64,000 bases of DNA from an uncultured Actinomycetota bacterium (GCA_963801015.1 CAWDCV010000005.1:121580-185579); one strand, 5' to 3'. Positions 8,582 through 18,247 are shown, numbered from the stretch's first letter. Made by a program: numbers and translations. The notes: generated by a model from the sequence alone, not told the origin.

Positions 8582-9772
8582 TTGCCGTCACGGCCGCTTC
8601 TCCGACTCGTCGCAGTCCTGCTCGTCGCGCTCAATCTTCGGAGCGCGATCGCCGCGGTGGCGCCAATCCTGGGAGAGCTTCGCGCGGAGCTGGGGCTGAC
8701 ACCGGCGATGGCCGGACTGCTGACCACGCTGCCCGTCCTTTGCTTCGCCCTGCTGGCTCCCGCCTCGGTCGCGCTCAGTCGGCGGCTCGGGCTGCACGGC
8801 GCGATCCTGCTCGGCTGCGTCGGCATCGCGGTCGGCAGCATCGTGCGGGTCCTCGACGGAGTGCCTCTCCTCCTTGCCGCCACCGTGGTCGTCGGCGCGG
8901 GCATGACCGTTGGCAATGTGCTCGTGCCCGTCGTGGTCAAGGCCGAGTTCGGTCGCCGCGCCGGGCAGATCACCGGGCTCTACACGGCGGCGCTTGTCAG
9001 CGGCGCGTCGATTTCCGCCGCTCTCACCGCACCGCTCGCAAACGCGTGGGGCTGGCGAATCGCGCTGGCGTCCTGGGCCGCTGTCGCGGCCGTTGCCGCC
9101 GTGGTGTGGCGGCTTTCAGCGGCCACACGGTCAGACGACCACGCCGTCGACGGCAGCAGGGAAGCGCCTTCCACCTCGCCGTGGCGTTCGCGGGTCGCGT
9201 GGGCGCTCGGTTTGTTCTTCGGCGTGCAGTCGCTGTGCTACTACGCGGTGACGGCCTGGCTGCCGACGATCCTGGTCGACGAAGCGGGGCTCACCCCTGC
9301 CGCCGCGGGTGGCGGCGCGTCGCTGTTCCAGGTGCTCGGTATCGCCGGGACACTCGCCATTCCCCCGGTCATCCACCGTCGGCCCGCGCAAGGCTGGATC
9401 GCCGCAATCACGGCCGGCGCGTGGTGCGTGCTGTTTGCGGGCCTCCTCGTGTGGCCGGGAGCGTGGCTGCTCTGGGTTGTCATTGGCGGCCTGGCTCAAG
9501 GCGCCACCATCTCGCTCGTCCTCACCCTGCTCGTCCTCCGCGCACATCGGGTCGACGTGGCTCGCCGGCTCTCGGGGATGGCGCAGCTTGTCGGCTATCT
9601 CACCGGTGCCGTGGGCCCGGTGCTGATCGGCTGGCTGTACGGCCGTACCGGTGCGTGGGACGTGCCGCTCCTGACGCTGCTGGGAGTTGCGCTGGCGTTT
9701 GCGATCCTGGGACAGGTGGCCGGCGCCAATCGCAGCGTCGACCCGCTTCCGGGCCGGGGCGCCGTGTCCTAG
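8582..9772 (+). CDS. MFS transporter, CynX/NimT (cyanate-permease-like) family
   Basis: 396 aa, 12 predicted TM helices, TTG start; family call from overall pattern only. Confidence 0.75.
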   Translation: MPSRPLLRLVAVLLVALNLRSAIAAVAPILGELRAELGLTPAMAGLLTTLPVLCFALLAPASVALSRRLGLHGAILLGCVGIAVGSIVRVLDGVPLLLAATVVVGAGMTVGNVLVPVVVKAEFGRRAGQITGLYTAALVSGASISAALTAPLANAWGWRIALASWAAVAAVAAVVWRLSAATRSDDHAVDGSREAPSTSPWRSRVAWALGLFFGVQSLCYYAVTAWLPTILVDEAGLTPAAAGGGASLFQVLGIAGTLAIPPVIHRRPAQGWIAAITAGAWCVLFAGLLVWPGAWLLWVVIGGLAQGATISLVLTLLVLRAHRVDVARRLSGMAQLVGYLTGAVGPVLIGWLYGRTGAWDVPLLTLLGVALAFAILGQVAGANRSVDPLPGRGAVS

Positions 9773-10422
9773 TCGGAGTCGGCAAAGTGGCGGCGGAACC
9801 ACGTGGTCGCTAGCTCGGTGACCCGCTCGAGTGCACCTGGTTCCTCGAACAGGTGCGTCGCGCCGGGCACGACAACCAACTCGCAGTGCGACAGCATGCG
9901 CGAAGCCTGCTCGTTCAGGCGCAACACGTGCGGATCGGCACCGCCCACGACGAGCAGCGTCGCTGCGCGTACGGCCGACAACTGATCTCCGGCGAGATCG
10001 GGTCGACCTCCGCGCGACACGACGGCGCTGACGCGATCCGGTCGGCCTGCCGCAGCCACGAGCGCTGCGGCAGCTCCGGTACTCGCGCCGAATGCACCGA
10101 CCGGCAGCGCGGCAGTCCGCGCATCGGTCGCGAGCCAGTCGACCGCCGCAGTCAATCGATCGCCGAGCAGGCCGATGTCGAAGCGCAGCTCGCGTGTCCG
10201 GTTGTCGAATGACTCCTCCTGCTCGGTGAGCAGATCCAGGAGCAGGGTGGCGAGGCGGGCGTCGTGCAGGCCGGCAGCAACGCGTCGATTGCGGGGACTC
10301 AGTCGGCTGCTGCCCGAGCCGTGAGCGAACAGCACGATTCCGCTCGCTCCGGTCGGTACGACGAGATCGCCGCGCAGCGCGGCGCCCTGCAGCGACAACT
10401 CGACCGTCGACGAATTGGCCAT
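9769..10422 (-). CDS. Dienelactone hydrolase family alpha/beta hydrolase
   Basis: MANSSTVELSLQGAALRGDLVVPTGASGIVLFAHGSGSSRLSPRNRRVA... Start refined to ATG 10422; the track ORF extends to 10710 with junk N-terminus. Confidence 0.78.
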   Translation of the reverse strand: MANSSTVELSLQGAALRGDLVVPTGASGIVLFAHGSGSSRLSPRNRRVAAGLHDARLATLLLDLLTEQEESFDNRTRELRFDIGLLGDRLTAAVDWLATDARTAALPVGAFGASTGAAAALVAAAGRPDRVSAVVSRGGRPDLAGDQLSAVRAATLLVVGGADPHVLRLNEQASRMLSHCELVVVPGATHLFEEPGALERVTELATTWFRRHFADSD

Positions 10423-10590
10423 GACGACCCATCGTCGGACAATTTTGTCGCGTTGGGAGGAGTTGGCGTTACACGAAATTAGCGATCTTTGACATTCCCT
10501 TGGTAGAAAGTGCCCGCGCCACTGGGGCACGATCGGCGTCGACGGGGATTGCACGACGTCACTGAGCCGAGCCGTAGCGGAGTCTTCTGA

Positions 10591-11124
10591 GTGTCGCAAC
10601 GCCGTGCGCGCCACCGTGATCGGGCGCTGCGCCGCCTGTCCGCCCTGAGTAAGAGCGTGGCGGCGGGCGCCGTCATCGCCACCGGCGGGATCACCGTCGC
10701 CATGGGTCAAGCCGCTGCCGTCTCGACGTCCGCAGATGGCGAGGCCGCCTCAGCCGCTGCCCCCGCCGGCACGCTCGAAGCTGCCACCCCAGCCGCATCG
10801 ATGACCGCCCCGCCGGCGGTCGCTATGGAGGCCGCTCCGGCGCCGGCCGAGGGCGCACCTGTCGAGCAGGCCCCCGCGGCTGAACAACCGGCGCCGGCAG
10901 CCACCGGACGTGCCGAGCTGGCCGCCGCCCCGCCGCCACCGCCGAACGAGGAGGCACCGCCCCCGCCGGAGCCGGAGCAGCCGCCGCCGAGCTCGGAGCC
11001 GCCTCCTCCACCGGCGCCCCCACCGGCGCCCCCACCGGCGCCCCCATCGACCCCGCCGAGCTCACCGCCGCCCAGCCCGACGTCGACACCGACCCCCAGC
11101 CCCACCCCCACCGGCGGGTCGTGA
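10591..11124 (+). CDS. Secreted/anchored Pro/Ala-rich low-complexity protein, first gene of the ApbE operon
   Basis: GTG start; basic N-terminus plus hydrophobic segment (SKSVAAGAVIATGGITVAMGQAAA), then a PAPPPAPPP.. low-complexity tail. Its stop overlaps the ApbE start (GTGA). Confidence 0.5.
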   Translation: MSQRRARHRDRALRRLSALSKSVAAGAVIATGGITVAMGQAAAVSTSADGEAASAAAPAGTLEAATPAASMTAPPAVAMEAAPAPAEGAPVEQAPAAEQPAPAATGRAELAAAPPPPPNEEAPPPPEPEQPPPSSEPPPPPAPPPAPPPAPPSTPPSSPPPSPTSTPTPSPTPTGGS

Positions 11125-12101
11125 GTCAGCTTCTTCCCCGTATTCACGTCCCCCAGAGGTCACCGTCGGCCTTCGCTGGGTTTGTGCGGTGCGTGTGGCG
11201 CGCGCTGGGCACCCGGGTAGAGCTCGTCGTACGTGGCTCGACCGAACAGCTGGGCGTTGCTGCCGCACACCTGCGTGACGAACTCGATGCGGTCGACCGC
11301 GCCTGCAGTCGGTTCCGGCCCGACGCGGAGCTGGTCGCCGTCAATGCCGCGGCCGGATCGCGCATTCCGGTCTCGTCGCACTTGGCCGAGGCGGTAGCGG
11401 TCGCATTGCGTGCTGCTTCGCAGACCGACGGCGACGTCGATCCCACCCTGGGCGCGAGCCTCGTTGCAGCAGGCTACGACCGCGACTTCGCCGCGCTCCC
11501 CGTTGATGGACCGCCGATTTTGCCGCCGCCACCACGCCCTAACGCCTGGCGCGAGGTGGAGCTGGACGTTGACCGCCGCACGCTTCGCGTACCGCACGGA
11601 GTCGCTCTCGATCTCGGCGCCACGGCCAAGGCGTGGGCGGCCGACCGTGCTACCGCCCGGATCGCAGCGACCATCTCCGCACCCGTGCTGGTCAGTCTCG
11701 GCGGCGACCTCGCTATCGGTGGACCACCCGACGACCAGCCCGCCCACGGATGGCCGGTACGCCTGACGGACGAGGCGGGTGACGGTGACGGTCCGGTCGC
11801 CTACATCCACGATGGCGGCGTGGCGTCGTCCAGCACCGTCGTACGGCGGTGGCGCCGCGGCGGCGAGACTCTGCACCACATCCTCGACCCGCGCACCGGC
11901 CGGCCCGTCGACCCGGTCTGGCGCATGGTCACGGTCAACGCGGCCACCTGCGTCGACGCCAACACCGCGACGACGGCGGCGATGGTCCGTGGCGCGGCGG
12001 CTCCGTCCTGGCTCGCCCAGCTCGGCCTGCCCAGCCGGCTGGTCGATTCCCACGGCGCTGTGTCCCGGATCGCGGGCTGGCCCGAGGACGCGGTCGCCTA
12101 A
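11121..12101 (+). CDS. apbE: FAD:protein FMN transferase (ApbE family)
   Basis: 326 aa; ..RALGTRVELVV.. N-terminal motif; ApbE-like body (..DLGATAKAWAADRA.., ..LVSLGGDLAIGG..). Confidence 0.82.
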   Translation: MSQLLPRIHVPQRSPSAFAGFVRCVWRALGTRVELVVRGSTEQLGVAAAHLRDELDAVDRACSRFRPDAELVAVNAAAGSRIPVSSHLAEAVAVALRAASQTDGDVDPTLGASLVAAGYDRDFAALPVDGPPILPPPPRPNAWREVELDVDRRTLRVPHGVALDLGATAKAWAADRATARIAATISAPVLVSLGGDLAIGGPPDDQPAHGWPVRLTDEAGDGDGPVAYIHDGGVASSSTVVRRWRRGGETLHHILDPRTGRPVDPVWRMVTVNAATCVDANTATTAAMVRGAAAPSWLAQLGLPSRLVDSHGAVSRIAGWPEDAVA

Positions 12102-12790
12102 TGGGCGTCTTCAGTGACCCGGCGCTGACCTGGTACATCGCGCGTGCGACCGGCGTCGTCACGCTCGTACTCCTGACACTGAGCCTGGTCCTGGGCGTCG
12201 CCGCTAGTAGTCGGACGCTGTCCGCCTCGTGGCCGCGGTTTCTCACCCAAGGTCTGCACCGCAACGTGTCGCTGGCCTGCCTCGCGTTGCTCGTCGCGCA
12301 CATCGTCGCTGTGGTCCTGGACGATTACGTCGTCATCACCTGGCTGGACGCAGCCGTCCCCTTCGTCTCTCAGTACCGGCCGCTTTGGCTCGGGCTCGGC
12401 ACAATCGCCTTCGAGCTCGTCGTGGTGTTGATCGTTTCGAGCCTGCTCCGCCATCGGCTGGGGCACCGGACCTGGCGCGTCGTGCACTGGTCGGCGTACG
12501 CCTGCTGGCCGTTCGCGGTCGTTCATGGCCTCGGCAGTGGCGCCGACTCACGTACCCAGTGGTCGACGTGGGTCACCGCCGGCTGCGTCCTCGCCGTCAT
12601 GATCGCCATCGGCTGGCGGCTCGCGATCGGACGCCCAGAGCGGCGGGCCTGGCGGGCCGGGGCTGCGGCCCTGACCGTCGCCTCCGTCGTCGTACTCGTC
12701 CTGTGGGCCTGGCAGGGACCGCTCGCACCGGGGTGGTCGAAGCGCGCGGGAACGCCCCCGCCGGCATCCTCGGCCGGAGCTGAGCAGTGA
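12101..12790 (+). CDS. Ferric-reductase-like transmembrane (FRD superfamily, MsrQ/YedZ/NOX-like) diheme protein
   Basis: ATG overlaps the ApbE stop (TAATG). There are two His pairs, each spaced 13 residues (LHRN..13..VAHIV and VVHWSAY..13..VVHGLG), typical of the bis-heme b FRD core. Confidence 0.72.
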   Translation: MGVFSDPALTWYIARATGVVTLVLLTLSLVLGVAASSRTLSASWPRFLTQGLHRNVSLACLALLVAHIVAVVLDDYVVITWLDAAVPFVSQYRPLWLGLGTIAFELVVVLIVSSLLRHRLGHRTWRVVHWSAYACWPFAVVHGLGSGADSRTQWSTWVTAGCVLAVMIAIGWRLAIGRPERRAWRAGAAALTVASVVVLVLWAWQGPLAPGWSKRAGTPPPASSAGAEQ

Positions 12791-14049
12791 CCGCCGTGAG
12801 CTCGGAGGTCCCCGTGCGCCGTCGGCGATCCGCGGCGCTGCTCCCGCGACTGCTGGCAGGCGTACAGCCCGGCGTCGGCTCGGTGTCGCTGACCGATCAT
12901 CTCGACATCCACGGGCCGGCGACGTCGACGTCCCTGGATGTCGTCGCCCGCAGCGGGCTGCGCGGGCGCGGCGGCGCCGGATTCCCCGTCGCTGCGAAGA
13001 TGCGCGCGGTCCTGAACGCACGCGGCCGAGCCGTCGTCGTCGCGAATGGCGCCGCCAGCGACCCGCTCAGCGAGAAGGACGCCCTCCTCCTCGCGCGCGT
13101 CCCGCACCTGGTTCTCGACGGCGCGCAACTTGCCGCGCATCTCGTCAAGGCGAAGCGGATCTACCTGTACGTCGTCGGGGTGGACTCGATCCTGACCACA
13201 GTCCGGTACGCCCTGTCCGAGCGGTCGCGGCGCGGACTCGATCAGGTGCCGGTCTCGATCGCGACAGCCCCCGACACCTACGTCGCGGGCGAGGCATCCG
13301 CCGTGGTACAGGCGCTGTCGGGCGGTCCGGCGGTGCCCACGTTCCGCCCGCCCCGGATGGCGGAGCGGGGTGTCGGTCGCCGGCCGACGCTGGTCAACAA
13401 CGTGGAAACGCTCGCGAACCTCGGGCTGCTCGCCCGCCACGACGCCGACTGGTTCCGTCAGCTCGGCCCGGTGGAGGAGCCTGGCTCCCTCGTGATCACC
13501 GTGCACGGGCACGATGGCGTCCCAGCAGTCGCGGAAGTACCGATCGGGACGACCGTCGGCGAGGTGCTGGAGACCACCGACCGGTGGGCGCGGGTGCCGA
13601 CTGCCGTGCTGGTCGGTGGGGCAAGCGGCAGATGGCTGCGCGCCGACATAGCGGTCGAGACCCCACTCAGCCACGACGGGCTACGTGCGGTCGGTGGTGC
13701 GCTGGGCGTCGCCTCGCTCATGGTGCTGCACGACGACGAGTGCGGCCTGATGGAGACGGCGCGGCTGGCCCGCTTTCTCGCGGCGGAGACGGCCGGCCAG
13801 TGCGGACCGTGTATCAACGGGCTGCCGGCCATCGCGTCGACGCTCGCATCGCTGGTCGCCGGCGACGCCGACGATCGCGACGTGGATCGACTCAAGAAGT
13901 GGTGCGGCATCATGCCGGGTCGTGGTGCCTGCGGGCACCCGGACGACACGGCAGGACTCGTCGCGAGTGCGCTGTCGGTGTTCGAGGACGACATCGCGTG
14001 GCACCTGCGGGGTAGCTGCATGCACGCGGCGACCGGTGCGGATCGATGA
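12787..14049 (+). CDS. NuoF-like protein (NADH-binding GRGGAGFP, SLBB, C-terminal 4Fe-4S CxxCxxC..C module)
   Basis: SGLRGRGGAGFPVAAKM NADH/FMN-site motif and C-terminal ETAGQCGPCINGLP...CGIMPGRGACGHP cluster motif; overlaps the FRD gene stop. Confidence 0.78.
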   Translation: MTAVSSEVPVRRRRSAALLPRLLAGVQPGVGSVSLTDHLDIHGPATSTSLDVVARSGLRGRGGAGFPVAAKMRAVLNARGRAVVVANGAASDPLSEKDALLLARVPHLVLDGAQLAAHLVKAKRIYLYVVGVDSILTTVRYALSERSRRGLDQVPVSIATAPDTYVAGEASAVVQALSGGPAVPTFRPPRMAERGVGRRPTLVNNVETLANLGLLARHDADWFRQLGPVEEPGSLVITVHGHDGVPAVAEVPIGTTVGEVLETTDRWARVPTAVLVGGASGRWLRADIAVETPLSHDGLRAVGGALGVASLMVLHDDECGLMETARLARFLAAETAGQCGPCINGLPAIASTLASLVAGDADDRDVDRLKKWCGIMPGRGACGHPDDTAGLVASALSVFEDDIAWHLRGSCMHAATGADR

Positions 14050-14276
14050 CCCGGCCGGAGGGCATGGTGCTGCGCGTCAACCCGATCACCTGCGAGGGGC
14101 ACGGACTGTGCGCCGAGCTGTTGCCGGAGCTGATGTCGCTCGACGACTGGGGCTACCCGTACCCGATGACCGTCGCCGTGCCGCCCAGCTTCGAAGGCCT
14201 CGCCGGCCGTGCCGCAAGGGTGTGCCCGACGCTCGCCATCCACCTCGAACGCCTGCGCACCGAGGCCACCGGCTGA
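14046..14276 (+). CDS. Ferredoxin, single-cluster actinomycete type (CxxHxxC...CP, 3Fe-4S/4Fe-4S)
   Basis: 76 aa; CEGHGLCAELLPEL....RVCPTLAI; ATGA overlap with the NuoF-like gene. Confidence 0.72.
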   Translation: MTRPEGMVLRVNPITCEGHGLCAELLPELMSLDDWGYPYPMTVAVPPSFEGLAGRAARVCPTLAIHLERLRTEATG

Positions 14277-14347
14277 GGAGTCATGGCGGTCGGCAGCATG
14301 CCATCGGGGCCGTGGCAACGACGTCGGGTCCTGCGTACGGTGGCGAC

Positions 14348-14755
14348 GTGGCGACGAGTTGGCTCACCATCGAAGTATTCGATGGCGCATCGCCTGCTCG
14401 CCTGTGGCGCATGTCGCACGGCGAGGGGCTGCTCCTCGCTGCGCTGACCAACGGCGCATCTGACTGGGCCTGGCACGAGCATCGTTGGGGAATCGTGCTG
14501 GAGCTCGCGTTCGACGACGAGCAGCAGCGCAACGACTTCCCGTCACTGCCGGCTGTTCAGGCAGCTCTCGATGCTGCCCCGGATCGCGTCAGCGGCGTGC
14601 TCGTCTACCGCGGGCGCGGCGGAGGAGCGGGCGCAGGTCTCCCGCGGCATCCCCGCCCCGCACCAGTTGCAGGCGCAGCCGCACTACCGGAACCGGACGA
14701 GGATCCACGCATCGAATTCCACACGGAGCCGGATGTCGTCGCCACGGCGGACTGA
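14348..14755 (+). CDS. Hypothetical protein
   Basis: GTG start inside track ORF 13922..14755: MATSWLTIEVFDGASPARLWRMSHGEGLLLAAL..FDDEQQRNDFPSLPAVQAALD... Acidic composition is protein-like. Last in the operon; overlaps the next start. Confidence 0.4.
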   Translation: MATSWLTIEVFDGASPARLWRMSHGEGLLLAALTNGASDWAWHEHRWGIVLELAFDDEQQRNDFPSLPAVQAALDAAPDRVSGVLVYRGRGGGAGAGLPRHPRPAPVAGAAALPEPDEDPRIEFHTEPDVVATAD

Positions 14756-16652
14756 GACGCCGGGACTCGGGAAGCGAGTCGTCGGCCTGTTCCGTCCCTA
14801 CCGGGGGCGGGTTGCCGTCATCGCCATCGCGATCGTTGTCGCGTCGACGCTCGGCATCGCCATCCCATTCCTCACTGAAGCGGTCTTCGACCGCGCGCTG
14901 TTCGTCCCTGACGGGCCAGACCTCTCTCTCTTGTACGTCCTGGTCGGCGCCATGATCGGGGTAACGATCGTCACCGCCGCGATCGGGGTCTGGCAGACCT
15001 ACCACGCCACGGTGCTCGGCAACATGGTGATGCGAGATCTGCGAGATCGCCTGTTCGCGCACCTGCAGTCGATGCAGCTGGGCTTCTTCACCTCAACCAA
15101 GACCGGCGCGATCCAGTCGCGGCTCGGCAATGACGTCGGGGGCGTTCAGAGCGTCGTCACCGATACAGCTTCGACGATCCTGTCGAACGTCGTGACTGTG
15201 GCAGCATCACTGATCGGCATGCTCCTGCTGTCATGGCGATTGACGCTCGTGGCGCTCGCACTGATGCCGGTGTTCATCCTTCTGCAGATACGCGTCGGCC
15301 GGGTGCGCCGGCGGATTGCCGCCAGCACGCAAGCGTCGCTGTCGGACATGTCGGCGATCACGCAGGAGGCACTCTCGGTCTCAGGCGTGCTGCTCGCCAA
15401 GGTCTTCAACCGTGAGTCGCTGGAGATCGCCCGTTACCGCGAGGAGAACGCGCGGCAGGCGAAGCTGCAAGTCCGGCAGACGATGACTGGGCAGTCATTT
15501 TTTGCACTGGTCCAGGCGTTTTTCGGCATCACGCCGGCCGCTGTCTACCTCGTCGCGGGACTGGCGATCGGCGGCGTTCTCGGCGGTGGTGCCGGCTTGA
15601 GCGCCGGCACGATCGTCGCATTCACCACGCTGCAGACGCGGCTGCTGTTCCCGGTCGTGCAGCTGTTACGCGTCGCAGTGGACGTACAGACATCACTCGC
15701 CCTGTTCGCGCGCATCTTCGAGTATCTCGACCTCAAGCCGACGATCGTCGACGCGCCGAATGCTGTCGACGTTCCCAAGTCCGCAGTCAAGGGCGACATC
15801 AGGTTTGACGGCGTGTGGTTCCGCTATCCGGCGCCGGTGGTGACGGGCAGCGACGCCGACGTACGAGCGGTCGACGAGGCCGACGCTTCGCCGACCTGGG
15901 CGCTGCAGGACATCACGCTGCACATCCGACCCGGACAGCTTGCTGCTGTCGTGGGGCCGAGCGGCGCGGGCAAGACAACGCTGTCGTACCTCGTTCCTCG
16001 CCTGTACGACGTCGATCGCGGCAGCGTTCAGGTCGATGACCACGACGTTCGTTCGCTGCGGCTGCCTTCACTCGCGAACCTCGTGGGCATGGTTACGCAG
16101 GAGACGTACCTGTTTCACGGGACGATTCGCGACAACCTTCGCTACGCCGACGAGGACGCTACCGACGCGCAAATCGAGGCGGCAGCGCGCGCGGCGAACA
16201 TCCACGACCGCATCGTGTCCTTCGACGACGGCTACGACACCGTCGTCGGCGAGCGCGGCTATCGCCTGTCCGGTGGAGAACGCCAACGCCTTGCCATCGC
16301 ACGCGTCATCCTCAAGGACCCGCGCCTCCTCGTGCTCGACGAGGCCACGTCGGCGCTCGACACGACCAGTGAGCGGCTCGTTCAGAACGCGCTCGAGACC
16401 GTCATGCGCGATCGGACCACCATCGCCATCGCCCACCGCCTGTCCACGATCCTGTCGGCAGACGTCATCTTCGTCATCGACCGGGGCCGGCTCGTGGAAC
16501 AGGGCACGCACACCGAGCTGCTCGCCCGCGGCGGTCTCTATGCGGGCCTGTACCAGGAGCAGTTCGCTGGTGGTCGCGTCCAGGCGCGCTGTCTCGACGG
16601 CGTGGTCATGAGTGACGGTCAGGTTGAGCCGGACCTGGTGCCGTCGGCCTGA
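14733..16652 (+). CDS. ABC exporter, fused permease/ATP-binding protein (MsbA/MdlB-like)
   Basis: 6-TM N-terminal domain plus NBD with Walker A GPSGAGKTT, LSGGERQRLAIAR and Walker B LLVLDEATSALD. ATG at 14733 (MSSPRRTETPGLGKRVV..). Confidence 0.9.
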   Translation: MSSPRRTETPGLGKRVVGLFRPYRGRVAVIAIAIVVASTLGIAIPFLTEAVFDRALFVPDGPDLSLLYVLVGAMIGVTIVTAAIGVWQTYHATVLGNMVMRDLRDRLFAHLQSMQLGFFTSTKTGAIQSRLGNDVGGVQSVVTDTASTILSNVVTVAASLIGMLLLSWRLTLVALALMPVFILLQIRVGRVRRRIAASTQASLSDMSAITQEALSVSGVLLAKVFNRESLEIARYREENARQAKLQVRQTMTGQSFFALVQAFFGITPAAVYLVAGLAIGGVLGGGAGLSAGTIVAFTTLQTRLLFPVVQLLRVAVDVQTSLALFARIFEYLDLKPTIVDAPNAVDVPKSAVKGDIRFDGVWFRYPAPVVTGSDADVRAVDEADASPTWALQDITLHIRPGQLAAVVGPSGAGKTTLSYLVPRLYDVDRGSVQVDDHDVRSLRLPSLANLVGMVTQETYLFHGTIRDNLRYADEDATDAQIEAAARAANIHDRIVSFDDGYDTVVGERGYRLSGGERQRLAIARVILKDPRLLVLDEATSALDTTSERLVQNALETVMRDRTTIAIAHRLSTILSADVIFVIDRGRLVEQGTHTELLARGGLYAGLYQEQFAGGRVQARCLDGVVMSDGQVEPDLVPSA

Positions 16653-17094
16653 CTCCGACGAGGTAGCGCGGTACGGACTCGGCGTACGCTTCGAAGTCGC
16701 TGCCGAAACGGCGGTGCAGCGCTTGTTCCTCACGCAGCACGTCGCCATGTATCCAGGCGGTCGCGGGAAGGAACGTGACCAGCAGCCACGACGATCCGGT
16801 TGCCACGCCAGCACCAAGATGGATCAGCGCCCAGCCGACGTACATCGGATTGCGCATTCGCGCGTAGGAACCACGAGTGAGCAGGTGCTGCGGATTCGCC
16901 ACCTCAACCTGGCCCGCAGAGCGAACGGCTGCACCCGCGAGCAGCGTTCCCGCAGCAACGAGCGGCACGCCGAACAGAAGGCGTAGCGAAGACGACAGCG
17001 GCAACGGCCAGGAGCGAAGCCGGCTCAGCGTGAGACCGACGCCCAGCCCGATGAGGTAAGGCTCAGGCAGAGGAACGTTGCCGATGCGCGCCAT
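16606..17094 (-). CDS. Isoprenylcysteine carboxyl methyltransferase (ICMT/PEMT) family membrane methyltransferase
   Basis: ARMRNPMYVGWALIHLG motif (RNPMY.G) plus C-terminal ..E.AL...FG..F..Y...VPRY.. Confidence 0.78.
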   Translation of the reverse strand: MARIGNVPLPEPYLIGLGVGLTLSRLRSWPLPLSSSLRLLFGVPLVAAGTLLAGAAVRSAGQVEVANPQHLLTRGSYARMRNPMYVGWALIHLGAGVATGSSWLLVTFLPATAWIHGDVLREEQALHRRFGSDFEAYAESVPRYLVGVRPTAPGPAQPDRHS

Positions 17095-17112
17095 CGCGTC
17101 GATCTTGCGACA

Positions 17113-18237
17113 TCAACGTGGCGTGAGCGACGTCGATGCCTCGAGATGCGCGGAGAGTGGGTGCGTTGCCTGTCGCGAGATGTGGTCGGCGACCCGATCG
17201 GCGTCCCGGCCGACTCCGCCGACGAGCATCGAGGCGAACGCGTAGAGGAAGGGTAGGCCGACGAAGTACAGGCCCGGTGCGGCCGGGGAGACGCCGCCTG
17301 ACTGCTCCGGCCAGCCGTCGGGCCCGACAACGGGCAGGTCGATCCAGCTGACGTCCTTGCCGAACCCGGTGCACCAGACCACGTTGGTGACGTCGAGGAC
17401 GCGTCCGTCCTCGAGCAGCGGCTTGCCGTCCTTGACGCCGGCGACCCTGGCGTCGGTGCGTTCTACACCGGCCTCCTCGAGGTGCGCCTTCTTCACTCGG
17501 ATCAGTGGTCCACCGTGCGCCAACACCTCCGGACGGATCTTCCGCCCAATAGGCGTCTTCAGCGTCGCAACGTGATTCCAGAAGAACCAGATCATGGGGA
17601 AGATCACGTGTGCCGGGCGACGGTCGATCCGGAACGGGATCTCCCCGTGGACCTTCCCAGACAGCACCGTGGAATGGTCGCGAGCAACCTCGTAGGCGAT
17701 GTCGGCGCCGGAATGACTCGCGCCCACGACGAGGACCGGGCCTGGCTGCAGCTGCGAGGGATTGTGGTACTCCCCCGAGTGGAGCTGGCGGATTCCCGGA
17801 TCGAGCAGCCGCGCGAACTCGGGCACGATCGGGCTCTGGAACGTGCCCGATGCGATGACGACGTGGTCTGCCTCGAACGTCCGACCTCGACACGCCACCA
17901 CATAGCGATCCTGCTTTCGCGATAGCCGCTCCACCTGGACGCCGGTCTCGACGGGCAGCGCGAAGTGTGCTGCGTACGCCTCGAGATAGTCCGCCATGTC
18001 GTCTTTGGTGGGGTACGACCATGGATCGGCAGGGAACGCCATGCCCGGTAGGCCGGCGTACCGCGCCGGGCTGTAGAGCCGCAGCGAGTCGAAACGCTCT
18101 CGCCACACGTCACCGATGCGCTGGCTTGCTTCCAGGATGACGAACGCCCGCTGCCGCCGGGCAAGGTGATAGCCGGTCGCCAAACCGGCCTGGCCGCCGC
18201 CGATGATGACGGTCTCGACATATTCGTTGTCACTCAT
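17113..18237 (-). CDS. Flavin-containing monooxygenase-like NAD(P)/FAD-dependent oxidoreductase
   Basis: N-terminal VIIGGGQAGLATGYHL dinucleotide fold, second GASHSGADIA motif, C-terminal ..FVGLPFLYAF.. region. Confidence 0.82.
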   Translation of the reverse strand: MSDNEYVETVIIGGGQAGLATGYHLARRQRAFVILEASQRIGDVWRERFDSLRLYSPARYAGLPGMAFPADPWSYPTKDDMADYLEAYAAHFALPVETGVQVERLSRKQDRYVVACRGRTFEADHVVIASGTFQSPIVPEFARLLDPGIRQLHSGEYHNPSQLQPGPVLVVGASHSGADIAYEVARDHSTVLSGKVHGEIPFRIDRRPAHVIFPMIWFFWNHVATLKTPIGRKIRPEVLAHGGPLIRVKKAHLEEAGVERTDARVAGVKDGKPLLEDGRVLDVTNVVWCTGFGKDVSWIDLPVVGPDGWPEQSGGVSPAAPGLYFVGLPFLYAFASMLVGGVGRDADRVADHISRQATHPLSAHLEASTSLTPR

Positions 18238-18247
18238 GACGTCGACG

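Noticed and set aside
9131-10432. 433-aa minus-strand ORF
   Set aside because: Antisense of the CynX-like MFS and an N-terminal extension of the hydrolase. Arg-rich junk. The hydrolase start was refined to 10422.
10489-10494. Consensus TTGACA hexamer in the AT-richer divergent region between the hydrolase and Pro/Ala-rich protein genes
   Set aside because: No convincing -10 (TANNNT) at 16-19 bp spacing on either strand. A single hexamer is not enough to call a promoter.
12523-13674. 383-aa minus-strand ORF
   Set aside because: Antisense of the NuoF-like gene, which itself has clear cofactor motifs.
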